In this document: positions 35,981-45,313 of the stretch, piece by piece | Numbering within the stretch: the first letter of the stretch is position 1 | How the letters are laid out: every line of letters starts with the position of its first letter | Source: an uncultured Bacteroidia bacterium | GTDB lineage: Bacteria; Bacteroidota; Bacteroidia; Bacteroidales; UBA932 | Assembly: GCA_902784785.1 (NCBI GenBank) | Contig: CACZWF010000003.1 | Coordinates: 2,129 to 66,128, forward strand | Direction of reading: 5' to 3' | Length of the DNA: 64,000 nucleotides | Program-made: the position numbers and the translations under genes | The notes under the pieces: model-generated | Told to the model about the DNA's origin: nothing | What the model saw: only the letters and a program-made list of their open reading frames with translations | Database searches by the model: none

Positions 35981-36035
35981 TCATGAGCGGCGAGCCGAGT
36001 TGTGCAGGGCAGGGGCGTAGAGAGGTGAGAAATCC

Positions 36036-37421
36036 CTACAGGTGGAAGCGGACACCGGCTTCGAAGCCGAACATAAAGGGCTGCTTGGTGCGGATGCTCT
36101 TGGGCTGGTTGAGGCCGAAGTAGTATTTGACGTTGGGATCCAGATAGATGCTCACCACCGGGGCCAGCATGAAATCTACGCCCAGACCGGCGCCGGCATT
36201 GAATTGAACGCCTTTGACGGGTTCGTTGTAATTGACCGTGCGGTTGTTCGCCGTCCAAGTGTTGGCGAGGCATTTTTCCACCGTTCCATTGGCATAAACA
36301 TAGAAGTTGATGCGTTTCGTGCGTACGATATGGAAGTAGGCGGTGATAGGAACGCCGATAAACTGCTGGATGTTATAGATGTTGTCATAGTCGGTGCCGG
36401 CATCGAAGGTCCCGTCCGCTTGCAACTGATAGTAGGTGCCAGCAAAATGGCGGGAGAGGCGGGTGTAGTTGAGGCCGATACCCATAGAGAACCGCGGCAG
36501 AATGTCGTAGGTGACATTCAAACCGAAGGTGAGGGGTATGCTGTAGTTGGATTCGCAGTTTTCGTCATCAAAGTAGGAGTGGTCGGGGCGTTTGTCTCCG
36601 GCGACGCCGCTATATCCCGTATATTGTCCGGATTTATTGTTGGTGAAGTTGCTCAGCGCATTGGTGTAAGCTGCCAGGTGGAAGCCGTTGGGCTGATGTT
36701 TGAGCTTCTTGCCAGCTTGTTCCTCCTCCAAATCGGGCAGGTGGTCCCAGTCAATGGGCTGGACTTGGGCTTCTGCCGGCTGGGCTTCGGCTTGGGCGGG
36801 GACCTCCGTGCTCTGGGCTGCGACGCTTTGTGCTACGATGACGCTTTGTGCGGTTTCGGCAAGACCTTCTGCCTCCTCGGAGGTGACGTCACTCTGCTCC
36901 GTACCTTGCTCGGCTGCGATAACAGGGGAAGCCACCGACTTTTGTCGGAGCCCAACGTTTTGAGCAAACATTTCCTTTTGTGTCTGCTCGGGGGTAACGG
37001 TAATGGGTTCGGACTCACCATTCTGAACGAGCGTTTTGTCTTGCGACGATTCCGTTACGACTGTGAGTTGGTCATCCGAGGTCTGTTCCGTTACGACTGC
37101 GAGTTGGTCGTCCGAGGTCTGTTCGGGATTGTTCCAGAGCAGAATGGCGAGCAAAACGGCAGCAGCGACGCCGGCTACGGCAAACCCGGTGCGGCGTACC
37201 CATTTCAGGATAACGGCCCTGCGGGTCGCAGCCCCGGCTTCAGCGGCTTTGGCTTCGATCGTAGCCCCAGTCCCAGCCGTGGCCCCTTCTGCAGCCCCGG
37301 CTCCGGCGGCGAGACGGGTGGCGATAGCCTCCCACGCACCTTCCGGCACGGGCTCTGAAGCCTGACCCAGCAATTGCTGAACCTGCTTGTCAAAGTCTTG
37401 ATATGAATCGTTTTGCTTCAT
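36036..37421 (-). CDS. Putative anti-sigma-like membrane protein with a C-terminal outer-membrane beta-barrel
   Basis: Directly after an ECF sigma; N-terminal P.EGAWEAI motif, one TM segment, long low-complexity linker with a 33-nt tandem repeat, amphipathic barrel strands ending GVRFHL. Confidence 0.6.
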   Translation of the reverse strand: MKQNDSYQDFDKQVQQLLGQASEPVPEGAWEAIATRLAAGAGAAEGATAGTGATIEAKAAEAGAATRRAVILKWVRRTGFAVAGVAAAVLLAILLWNNPEQTSDDQLAVVTEQTSDDQLTVVTESSQDKTLVQNGESEPITVTPEQTQKEMFAQNVGLRQKSVASPVIAAEQGTEQSDVTSEEAEGLAETAQSVIVAQSVAAQSTEVPAQAEAQPAEAQVQPIDWDHLPDLEEEQAGKKLKHQPNGFHLAAYTNALSNFTNNKSGQYTGYSGVAGDKRPDHSYFDDENCESNYSIPLTFGLNVTYDILPRFSMGIGLNYTRLSRHFAGTYYQLQADGTFDAGTDYDNIYNIQQFIGVPITAYFHIVRTKRINFYVYANGTVEKCLANTWTANNRTVNYNEPVKGVQFNAGAGLGVDFMLAPVVSIYLDPNVKYYFGLNQPKSIRTKQPFMFGFEAGVRFHL

Positions 37422-37445
37422 TCTTTCTTTCAAAAATTCTTCTCC

Positions 37446-37985
37446 TCAATGCCTTGCCTTGATTTTCTCCTGCAGCCAAATTCTTGCCCGCGCCAACTGT
37501 GAACGGCTGGTCACCTCGCTGATGCCCAGCGCGTCGGCAATCTCTTTGTGCGAGTAACCTTCCACCACATACATATTGAACACCGTGCGGAAACCGGAAG
37601 GCAGTTGCGCCAGCAAAGTCATCAGTTCCTCGTATCCGATATCCTCCAATGCCGAAGGCAGTTCGGTCAGCATCGCTCGGGCGTCCTCCAAATCATCACT
37701 GATTTTCAGCGCGTCCTTGCGGCGCAGTTCCATCAAGGCAGTATTGACAAAAATCTTTCTGGCCCAGCCTTCGAACGCTCCCTCTCCTTTGTAAGTATCC
37801 AACTTCGAGAAAAGCGTCACAAAGCCGTCCTGCAAGACATCCTCCGCCAATTGCCGGTCTTTACCGCAATAACGAAGACAAAGAGCGAACATTCGCGGTG
37901 CCAGACGCTCGTAGAGCGATTTCTGTGCGAATCGGTCACCCTTCTTGCAGGATTCAACCAAATTATTGATGCTCTTCTCTTCCAT
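37446..37985 (-). CDS. ECF-type RNA polymerase sigma-70 factor
   Basis: AEDVLQDGF, FEGWARKIFVN (region 2); FRTVFNMYVVEGYSHKEIA..SRSQLARAR (region 4). Confidence 0.95.
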   Translation of the reverse strand: MEEKSINNLVESCKKGDRFAQKSLYERLAPRMFALCLRYCGKDRQLAEDVLQDGFVTLFSKLDTYKGEGAFEGWARKIFVNTALMELRRKDALKISDDLEDARAMLTELPSALEDIGYEELMTLLAQLPSGFRTVFNMYVVEGYSHKEIADALGISEVTSRSQLARARIWLQEKIKARH

Positions 37986-38090
37986 TTGGTTGCATAGAAC
38001 ACGCTAAAAATTTCTCTTCCGATGAAGAGGAAACAAAAGTACAAAAAAATTTGCTTTTCTCTCGGCTTGCTCGTAAATTTGTAAGATATA

Positions 38091-39431
38091 ATGAAAAGAA
38101 AGTTCGCATATATTTTTGTCCTCTTCTCCCTGCTGTTCTCCCAGCATCTGGGCGCCCGTCCGGCTGATGACGAACGCCGGGTGATGGTAGGGCTTATCGA
38201 TGCCGTGGACCTGTTTGCCCAAGGAGAATACAAGGAGGCCTCCCGCATTTTTTCCGCGCTGATCCGCCGCTATCCTGAGGATGATGCCCTCAATTATTAT
38301 ATGTCCCTGTGTACGATTGCCGATTACAAAGTCGCCAATGCCGTTTATTTTATAGAAAAGGCCGCCGCGATCGATTCGACCAATTTCATCTATCGCCATC
38401 GGCTCGCGCAAATCTATGCCGTCACCAAGGACTACGACAAAGCCATCGCGCAGTATGAACGCCTGAAGGCCGAGCGTCCCTATCAAACCGAACTGCAGGA
38501 TGAACTCGGTGAGGTCTATCTGCATTCCGGCCGTTTCAACGACTATTATCCCATTGCCTATTCTTATATGGTAGAGGAGGGGCTGAGCGAAGAAGACAAA
38601 TTGCGCTACCTGTCCAGCGTCTTCGGCGATTTGTCCCGCGAAGAATTCCGTTCTAAGCGCCCGTTGGCCGATTCCTTATACTTAAAGTTAACGTACCAAT
38701 ATCCCGAAAGTGCCAACGCGCTTGTCTCCTGGACCAAGGTGCTGGCCTGGCTGGGCGATTGGGAAAATCTTGATCGCTATGCCTCGGAGGGGGTGGCCCG
38801 TTTCCCGCAGGATACCACGCTCTGTCACTACAGCGCGGCTTCCAAATTCTTCCGGAAAGACTATGACGGAGCCGCCAAAATGCTTGAAAAACTCATCGTC
38901 CTGCAAAAAGACGAGCCCAAGAAACAGCTTTCTACTTATAGTTGGCTAGGGGATTCCTATTATAAAGCTGGCCGTAGCGCCCAATGTTTCAAAGCCTACG
39001 ACAAAGCCCTGGCCCTGGATCCGGACAATGTTCCCATTCTCAATAACTACGCCTACTTCCTTTGCCTGCAAAAGAAGAATCTGAAAAAAGCGCTGGCGAT
39101 GAGCGAAAAGACCATTCAGGCCGAGCCGGACAATGTCACCTATCTGGACACCTACGGTTGGATTCTCTACCTGATGGGCAAGCCCGAAGAAGCCCGCTTG
39201 CAATTCAACCACGCCAAACTCTACGGTGGCAACGACCAGGCGGTCATCCTCGACCATTTCGCCACGGTCCTTTATGAACTTGGCGAATATCGTCTGGCAT
39301 ACTCTTATTGGGAGAAATGCAAGTTGAAAATGACGGAAGAAGACAGCGGGGAGGTGAAAGATCTGGAGCAAAAGATAACAGCGGCCAAGGAGGCCATTCA
39401 GAACGGACATGGTAAGAAACTGGGCAAATAG
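38091..39431 (+). CDS. Tetratricopeptide repeat protein
   Basis: Signal peptide; repeated TPR helices; LNNYAYFL, YLDTYGWI motifs. Confidence 0.85.
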   Translation: MKRKFAYIFVLFSLLFSQHLGARPADDERRVMVGLIDAVDLFAQGEYKEASRIFSALIRRYPEDDALNYYMSLCTIADYKVANAVYFIEKAAAIDSTNFIYRHRLAQIYAVTKDYDKAIAQYERLKAERPYQTELQDELGEVYLHSGRFNDYYPIAYSYMVEEGLSEEDKLRYLSSVFGDLSREEFRSKRPLADSLYLKLTYQYPESANALVSWTKVLAWLGDWENLDRYASEGVARFPQDTTLCHYSAASKFFRKDYDGAAKMLEKLIVLQKDEPKKQLSTYSWLGDSYYKAGRSAQCFKAYDKALALDPDNVPILNNYAYFLCLQKKNLKKALAMSEKTIQAEPDNVTYLDTYGWILYLMGKPEEARLQFNHAKLYGGNDQAVILDHFATVLYELGEYRLAYSYWEKCKLKMTEEDSGEVKDLEQKITAAKEAIQNGHGKKLGK

Positions 39432-40617
39432 GCTGGCCGCCGGCGTCTCGGCCTTCCTGTCGGCTTTCTTGCTGGTCCTCCTGGTAGCACTTCCCCTGTC
39501 TGCGCAGGATACTTCGCAGCAGGAGCGCAAAAAGAAAGGTCTTGAGCAAGAAATCAAGATTCTTGAGTCCCAGATTCAGAAAAATGAACTTCAAAGCAAG
39601 GATGCCCTGGAGAAATTCAAATTGACCGGCAAACTTATTTCTTCCCGCAAAGAATTGATTGCCCAGACCAATCGGGAAATCAGCGGACTCGACGGCCAGT
39701 TGACCCAACGCCGCAAGGTCGCCGAGCAGATGCGCCAGCGGGTGGATACTCTTGATAAATATTACTCGCGCCTGCTCTTGAGTGCGTACAAAAGCCGCAA
39801 TATGAGTTCGTGGTACGTCTATATTCTCTCGAGCGAAAGCCTGGGCCAGGCCTACCGTCGATACAATTATTTCAAGAGCCTGTCGGACAATCTCAAAGCC
39901 CAGGCCGTCGAACTCAAGCAGGCCCGCGGCGAGTTGCAGGTGGAAATGGACAGCATCGCCGTGCTCAAGCGTCAGCAACAGGTCCTTCGCGGTGAGCAAC
40001 AGGCCGATCTGGAACGGCTCAAAAAAGAAGAAAGCAGCTACAACAGCCAGATTAAAGCCCTCAATAAAAACAAGAAGAAATATACTGCTGAACTTTCCCG
40101 CAAGCGGAAGGAAGTGGAAAAACTGGACAAGGAAATCGAGCGCATCATCAAAAGTGCGATGGCTCCCTCGTCCGGCAAGAAATCGCCCTCCCAACCCATT
40201 GATTACGTGCTGGACGGAGAATTCTCCAAAAACAAAGGAAAGCTGCCCTGGCCTGTGCAAGGCTCCATTGTGGAAACGTACGGGGAGCATTACCATCCTG
40301 TGTTCAAGAACGTCAAACTTCCCTTTAACAGGGGAGTGAATATTGCCACCAACGAGGGCGCATCCGTCTGTTCCGTATTTGACGGCGTCGTGTCCCAGGT
40401 GGTAATCATTCCCGGCTATAACCTCTGCGTGATGGTGCGACATGGCAACTATTTCACCTTCTACTGCAAACTCAAGAGCGCGCAGGTCAAGTTGGGGGAA
40501 AAAGTCAAGACAGGGCAGGTGCTCGGGACGGTGGACACGTTGTCCGGATCCACCCTCCTGCACTTTGAACTGTGGAAAGAAAATCAACACCAGAACCCCG
40601 AAAATTGGTTAAGATAA
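39409..40617 (+). CDS. Murein hydrolase activator EnvC family / M23 peptidase-domain protein
   Basis: Long coiled coil, then KGKLPWPV and a degenerate LytM domain (VRHGNYFTFY, LHFELW). Confidence 0.88.
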   Translation: MVRNWANRLAAGVSAFLSAFLLVLLVALPLSAQDTSQQERKKKGLEQEIKILESQIQKNELQSKDALEKFKLTGKLISSRKELIAQTNREISGLDGQLTQRRKVAEQMRQRVDTLDKYYSRLLLSAYKSRNMSSWYVYILSSESLGQAYRRYNYFKSLSDNLKAQAVELKQARGELQVEMDSIAVLKRQQQVLRGEQQADLERLKKEESSYNSQIKALNKNKKKYTAELSRKRKEVEKLDKEIERIIKSAMAPSSGKKSPSQPIDYVLDGEFSKNKGKLPWPVQGSIVETYGEHYHPVFKNVKLPFNRGVNIATNEGASVCSVFDGVVSQVVIIPGYNLCVMVRHGNYFTFYCKLKSAQVKLGEKVKTGQVLGTVDTLSGSTLLHFELWKENQHQNPENWLR

Positions 40618-40618
40618 T

Positions 40619-41122
40619 ATGAAAATCAGAGTTTTAGACATTATTGAGCAGACGATGGCCGACGGTCCGGGCCTTCGCACTTCCATCTATTGCGCCGGCT
40701 GTGCGCATCATTGCGAGGGCTGTCACAATCCTCAGTCCTGGGACTTCAAAGGGGGAAAGGAAATGGAAGTGGACGACCTGGTCGACCTGGTGGAAGCCGA
40801 CGAATTCAGCAACGTGACTTTCAGCGGGGGAGACCCCCTCTATCAGGTGGAGGCCTTCACCGAGCTGGCCCGCAAGATCAAGGAGCGTACCGGGAAAAAT
40901 ATCTGGTGCTACACGGGCTTTACTTATGAAGAGGTTCTCGCCGACAAGCGCCTGTCCCAGATTCTGCCTTATATCGACACCTTGGTGGAAGGTCCCTTCG
41001 TGATGGCCTTGCGCGACACCCACCTGCTCTTCCGGGGCAGTTCCAACCAGCGTATCATCCACCTCAAACCGCAGGTAGAAGATGAAATTCCCGGCACCGT
41101 TCCACTGATAAAACCTAGGTAA
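40619..41122 (+). CDS. nrdG: Anaerobic ribonucleoside-triphosphate reductase activating radical SAM protein
   Basis: DGPGLR, CAHHCEGCHNP (CxxxCxxC), SGGDP, RGSSNQR. Confidence 0.93.
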   Translation: MKIRVLDIIEQTMADGPGLRTSIYCAGCAHHCEGCHNPQSWDFKGGKEMEVDDLVDLVEADEFSNVTFSGGDPLYQVEAFTELARKIKERTGKNIWCYTGFTYEEVLADKRLSQILPYIDTLVEGPFVMALRDTHLLFRGSSNQRIIHLKPQVEDEIPGTVPLIKPR

Positions 41123-41176
41123 ATCCAATTTTTTTCCTTACTTTTGTACGAAATAGAAATTTTAATTAAACCTGAT

Positions 41177-42844
41177 ATGAAAAAACATTTGATTCTTATG
41201 GCGGCAGCTTGTCTTTTGATGACAAATGCCTTCGCCCAGCAGTCTGAAGCCCAGAAAAAGGATGAACCCAAATTTGAACTTCAGATAACAGGAGGAAGCG
41301 GTCTCTCCACTTTGCTTTATGACGTTCCCGTTGATGGCCAGTGGATGAAATGGCTGCATCAGACGGATGAGTATCAAGCGGCTCATGTCGATCTGAACGA
41401 TATGAAATGCAGCTCAATTTTGAAATCCGGTTGGAATGCAGGTCTGAACTTCACCTATAACTTTACTCCCAACTGGGGCCTGATGGTCGGCCTGGAAGTC
41501 GCTCATTACCGGGGAGAGATTTTCTCCAAGGAAATGCTCAGCGCCCAGTTTATCAATGTCCCCTTGCTTATCTCCGGGCAGAACCGCGACGGCCTTCTTT
41601 TCAATCGTCTGAGCCGTTTTGACGAGACCCAGAGCGTCTATAACCTTCAGTTGCCCATTATGGTCAAATGGATGCCCGGCGCCGGTGACAAAGTCCGTTT
41701 CTATATCGCGGCCGGTGTAAAACTTGGCTATGGTGTTTCCGCCACATTCAAACAGACAAGCTCCCGTCTGGAATATCTCTATTCCGTTCCCGGCACAGTT
41801 TATCACGAGCAAACGAACGCAGGCAGGCTTCAATTGCCCTTTTCCAGGAATCAATGGACGGCAGCCGGTCACTACCATTATGTGAACCCCGGGGATGTGG
41901 AGGCCATCACGGGAGGAACCAAAACTGTCGAAGATGCGATTCTTGATCCCAGTATGGATGCGCAGGGGAATTTTTCCTTTGGCTTCAACACGGCCGCCGC
42001 TTTGGAATTGGGCGCATATTGGCACGTCAATCATCTCATTCGTCTCTATACGGGTGTATATGCCGATTATGGTTTCTATATCGCTCGCAGTCAGGCTGGC
42101 GCGCTCTATCAGAACGATTTTTCTTGGAATGATAATTGGGAAAATGATTTTCGTCCGTACGATCCGAGCAAGGAAAAAACCGTCAGTATTCTTACGGCCA
42201 ACAATCCCGCCTATGCTCGTCGTCACAACGATGAAAATGATGGAGCTTGGGAAATGTATCGTGAAGAAGGCAATCTGGTGAACAAACTGGCCTATCTTTC
42301 CTGCGGGTTGAAACTCCGCTTGTCCTTCGCGCTGGACAGCAAGCCCGCTCCGGCTCCCCAGCCTGTGGTCCAGTATGTGGAGCGCATTGTGCGGGATACG
42401 GTCAGTGTCGTTAACACGGTTGTTCAGAAAGATACCGTCACCAACACGGTGGTTGTCCGCGATACGGTTACAGTCATCAAGGAAGTCCCTGTGGAAATCC
42501 AGAAGGTGATGACTGACCTGTCCAACTCCCTGTTCGACTCGGGCAAAGCCATCATCAAAGACCAGGCGAAAGGCCCCCTCTACACCGTCGTGATGTGGCT
42601 GAAGGAGAATCCCAACGCCAAGGTGGAAGTGTCCGGCCACACCGATAACGTGGGTGGCGCCGCCTACAACCAAAAACTCTCCGAGGCCCGTGCCAAGGCG
42701 GTCTATGATTACTTCAACGCCAACGGCGTGAACGCCGACCGTCTGTCCTATGCCGGTTACGGTATGGATCGCCCGATCGCCCCGAACGACACGGCGGAAG
42801 GACGTCAGAAGAACCGCCGCGTGGAACTCAACCTGGTAGAATAA
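41177..42844 (+). CDS. OmpA family outer membrane protein
   Basis: Signal peptide, beta-barrel N-part, C-terminal OmpA-C domain (FDSGKA, GHTDNVG, NQKLSEARA, NRRVE). Confidence 0.9.
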   Translation: MKKHLILMAAACLLMTNAFAQQSEAQKKDEPKFELQITGGSGLSTLLYDVPVDGQWMKWLHQTDEYQAAHVDLNDMKCSSILKSGWNAGLNFTYNFTPNWGLMVGLEVAHYRGEIFSKEMLSAQFINVPLLISGQNRDGLLFNRLSRFDETQSVYNLQLPIMVKWMPGAGDKVRFYIAAGVKLGYGVSATFKQTSSRLEYLYSVPGTVYHEQTNAGRLQLPFSRNQWTAAGHYHYVNPGDVEAITGGTKTVEDAILDPSMDAQGNFSFGFNTAAALELGAYWHVNHLIRLYTGVYADYGFYIARSQAGALYQNDFSWNDNWENDFRPYDPSKEKTVSILTANNPAYARRHNDENDGAWEMYREEGNLVNKLAYLSCGLKLRLSFALDSKPAPAPQPVVQYVERIVRDTVSVVNTVVQKDTVTNTVVVRDTVTVIKEVPVEIQKVMTDLSNSLFDSGKAIIKDQAKGPLYTVVMWLKENPNAKVEVSGHTDNVGGAAYNQKLSEARAKAVYDYFNANGVNADRLSYAGYGMDRPIAPNDTAEGRQKNRRVELNLVE

Positions 42845-42845
42845 G

Positions 42846-43346
42846 ATGAAGCGCTGGATGCGACATATTTCCCTGCCTTTGCTGCTGATGGCAGCCTTGT
42901 TATCGGTTGCTTCGTGCGTGGGCGTGAACAACCTGCGGCAAATGAACATCCGTTCCGGGAAGATTGTCAACGTCCAGTTGCCTTCTTTTGGCGAGAGAAC
43001 CCTTGCCGTTACCGTCTTGCTGGATTTGCAGAATCCGGCGGGTTATGTCAAGATGAGCGACATCTCCGGAGTCATTCGTTCCAAAGACCTGACCCTCGGT
43101 ACTTTTACGGCCGATGACTTTTCGATAGATGCTCATAGCGACAAGGAGTATCTGTTCCGTATGCATCTGACACCCGACAGCAGCTTGTCTTTTTTCAGGG
43201 TTCTGGCTTTGTTGAAAGACTTTTCGGTAGATGATTATGTGTTTGATATAGACCTGCGTCTGTCGGGCAGTCCTTCTGCTAAAGGAGCGCGCTTCCAGCT
43301 GAAGAATCAGCCGGTCAGTGTGTTGATTAAGAATATTCGTTCATGA
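42846..43346 (+). CDS. Uncharacterised lipoprotein (LEA_2-like)
   Basis: Lipobox VASC; LQNP..ISG beta-rich pattern. Confidence 0.5.
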   Translation: MKRWMRHISLPLLLMAALLSVASCVGVNNLRQMNIRSGKIVNVQLPSFGERTLAVTVLLDLQNPAGYVKMSDISGVIRSKDLTLGTFTADDFSIDAHSDKEYLFRMHLTPDSSLSFFRVLALLKDFSVDDYVFDIDLRLSGSPSAKGARFQLKNQPVSVLIKNIRS

Positions 43347-43990
43347 TGAAAAAATTGACTACGCATATTGTCGCAGGTTTGATGGGAGTGGTCCTGCTCT
43401 CGTTGCTGACCCTGTCCATGCCCCGTGCCGCCGCCCAGGCTCCGGCCCCGACCGCGTCATTCCCGGCCCCGACCGGGAATCTCGCCGACTCCGTCCGATA
43501 CGAAGTCCACGACTCCTTGGTCTATGTCCTGGTGTCGCGGGTGGATACCAGTCTGGTCGGTTCCAATATTTTCAACATATTGAAAGACGACAGCAACGGT
43601 CGGGCTCCGGTTCAAATCCGGCAGAGCAAGACGGTTGAGGACGCCATGGCCGCTCGGGTTCAGGCGAATAAGGACCGTATTTTCGAAGGTTACCGCGTGC
43701 GTATCTTCTTTAAGGAATCCGCCCGTGCCGAATCAGAGGAAATCCAACGCTCGTTTGCCGTCCGTCATCCCGGTGTCCCAGCCTACCGCAGTTATGCCAA
43801 TCCCTATTTCAAGGTGACGGTAGGGGATTTCCGGACCAAGTCGGAGGCCATGCAACTGATGTCCCGGATTATTTCTGAGTATCCCACCGCTTTCGTCGTC
43901 AAGGAGGCCATTCATTATCCGGTCGTCAACAAGGAGAATACCTATTATATAGATACGGTCAAAGTTTACAAACCGATTGTGAAGGAGTAG
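43343..43990 (+). CDS. SPOR domain-containing protein
   Basis: GYRVRIF..A..Y..PYFKVTVGDFRTKSEA SPOR motif; signal peptide. Confidence 0.85.
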   Translation: MMKKLTTHIVAGLMGVVLLSLLTLSMPRAAAQAPAPTASFPAPTGNLADSVRYEVHDSLVYVLVSRVDTSLVGSNIFNILKDDSNGRAPVQIRQSKTVEDAMAARVQANKDRIFEGYRVRIFFKESARAESEEIQRSFAVRHPGVPAYRSYANPYFKVTVGDFRTKSEAMQLMSRIISEYPTAFVVKEAIHYPVVNKENTYYIDTVKVYKPIVKE

Positions 43991-43994
43991 GACG

Positions 43995-45313
43995 ATGGGT
44001 CAAGGACTTTCATTGGAGCAGAAGTTGCAGCAGCGGCTTTCCCCGTTGCAGGTGCAGACCATCAAGATTCTCCAACTTCCCCAACAGGAGTTGGAGGCTT
44101 TGGTGCGCAAGGAACTCGAAGAGAACCCCGTTCTGGAAGATACGCCGCCCGTCCGTAGTGAAGAGGGAGCCGGCGCCTCCGGGGAGTCCCCCTCTGAAGA
44201 AGCGCCCAAAGATGTTTCTTTGGAAGAGTACAAGGAGGATTCCACCCCCTATTATAAATTATATGTCAATAACCGCGGTCGGGACGAAGACCCCAAAAGG
44301 GAAACCCTGTCCGTCAAGGAGGGTATCACCGAGTCGTTGATGGAGCAGCTGGGCTACAGCGAATTGGACGAGCATCAGTACCGTGTCGCGGCGTTCATTA
44401 TCGGCAGTCTCGACGAAGATGGCTACCTGCGCCGGACCGTGACCAATGTGGTGGACGACCTGGTCTTTCGGGTGGGCCTCGAGACGAATGAAGAAGAAGT
44501 GGAGGCGCTTCTGCACGTGATTCAAGAGTTTGAACCGGCCGGAGTGGGGGCCCGCGACCTGCGCGAGTGCCTGCTGCTGCAATTGAAACGTCGTCCACAG
44601 ACCGAAGATGTCAAACGGGCCACGCTGATTCTGGAAAAATATTTCTACGAGTTTTCCAACCGTCATTACGATAAAATCCTGTCCCGTCTCGGTATTACGC
44701 GGGAACAACTCAAGGATGCGCACGCTGCGATTCTCAAACTCAATCCCCATCCCGGAGGAATCATTGATGACAGTTACAGCTACAAGGCGCAGCAGATTAT
44801 TCCGGATTTTTATCTGACCTACAAAGACGGAAAGTTCGAGTTGGAATCGATTCGGCCAACCTGTTGATTGAAGCCCTCAAGCAGCGTCAGAATACTTTGC
44901 TCAAAACGATGCAGGCCATCATCGACTACCAGCACGACTACTTTATCGACGGGGACGCCAGGCATCTTCGTCCGATGGTGCTCAAGGATATTGCCGACAT
45001 CACGGGCTTCGATATTTCTACGATTTCCCGCGTGGCCAATTCCAAATATATCGAGACGCCTTTCGGGGTTTTCTCCCTCAAATCCTTCTTCTCCGAGGGT
45101 ATGGAAAATAAAGAAGGGGAGGAGATTTCTACCAAAGAAATCAAGCAGGCCCTCCGTCAGTGTGTGGATGAGGAGGATAAGCACAACCCGCTGACCGACG
45201 ATGAACTGGTGGAGAAACTTTCTGCAATGGGGTACAAGGTGGCCCGCAGGACGGTGGCCAAATACCGCGACCAGCTCTCCATTCCAACCGCCCGCCTTCG
45301 CAAGGAGATCTGA
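43995..45313 (+). pseudogene. rpoN: RNA polymerase sigma-54 factor split into 43995..44867 and 44864..45313 by an internal frameshifting deletion
   Basis: N-part: LQQRLSPLQVQ, LEENP, GVGARDLRECLLLQ; C-part: DSANLLIEALKQRQNTL, STISRV..KY and RpoN box ARRTVAKYR; frames switch at ~44846. Confidence 0.85.

Noticed and set aside
44830-44880. Programmed ribosomal frameshift in rpoN
   Set aside because: No slippery heptamer, and frameshifting would not restore the missing conserved segment
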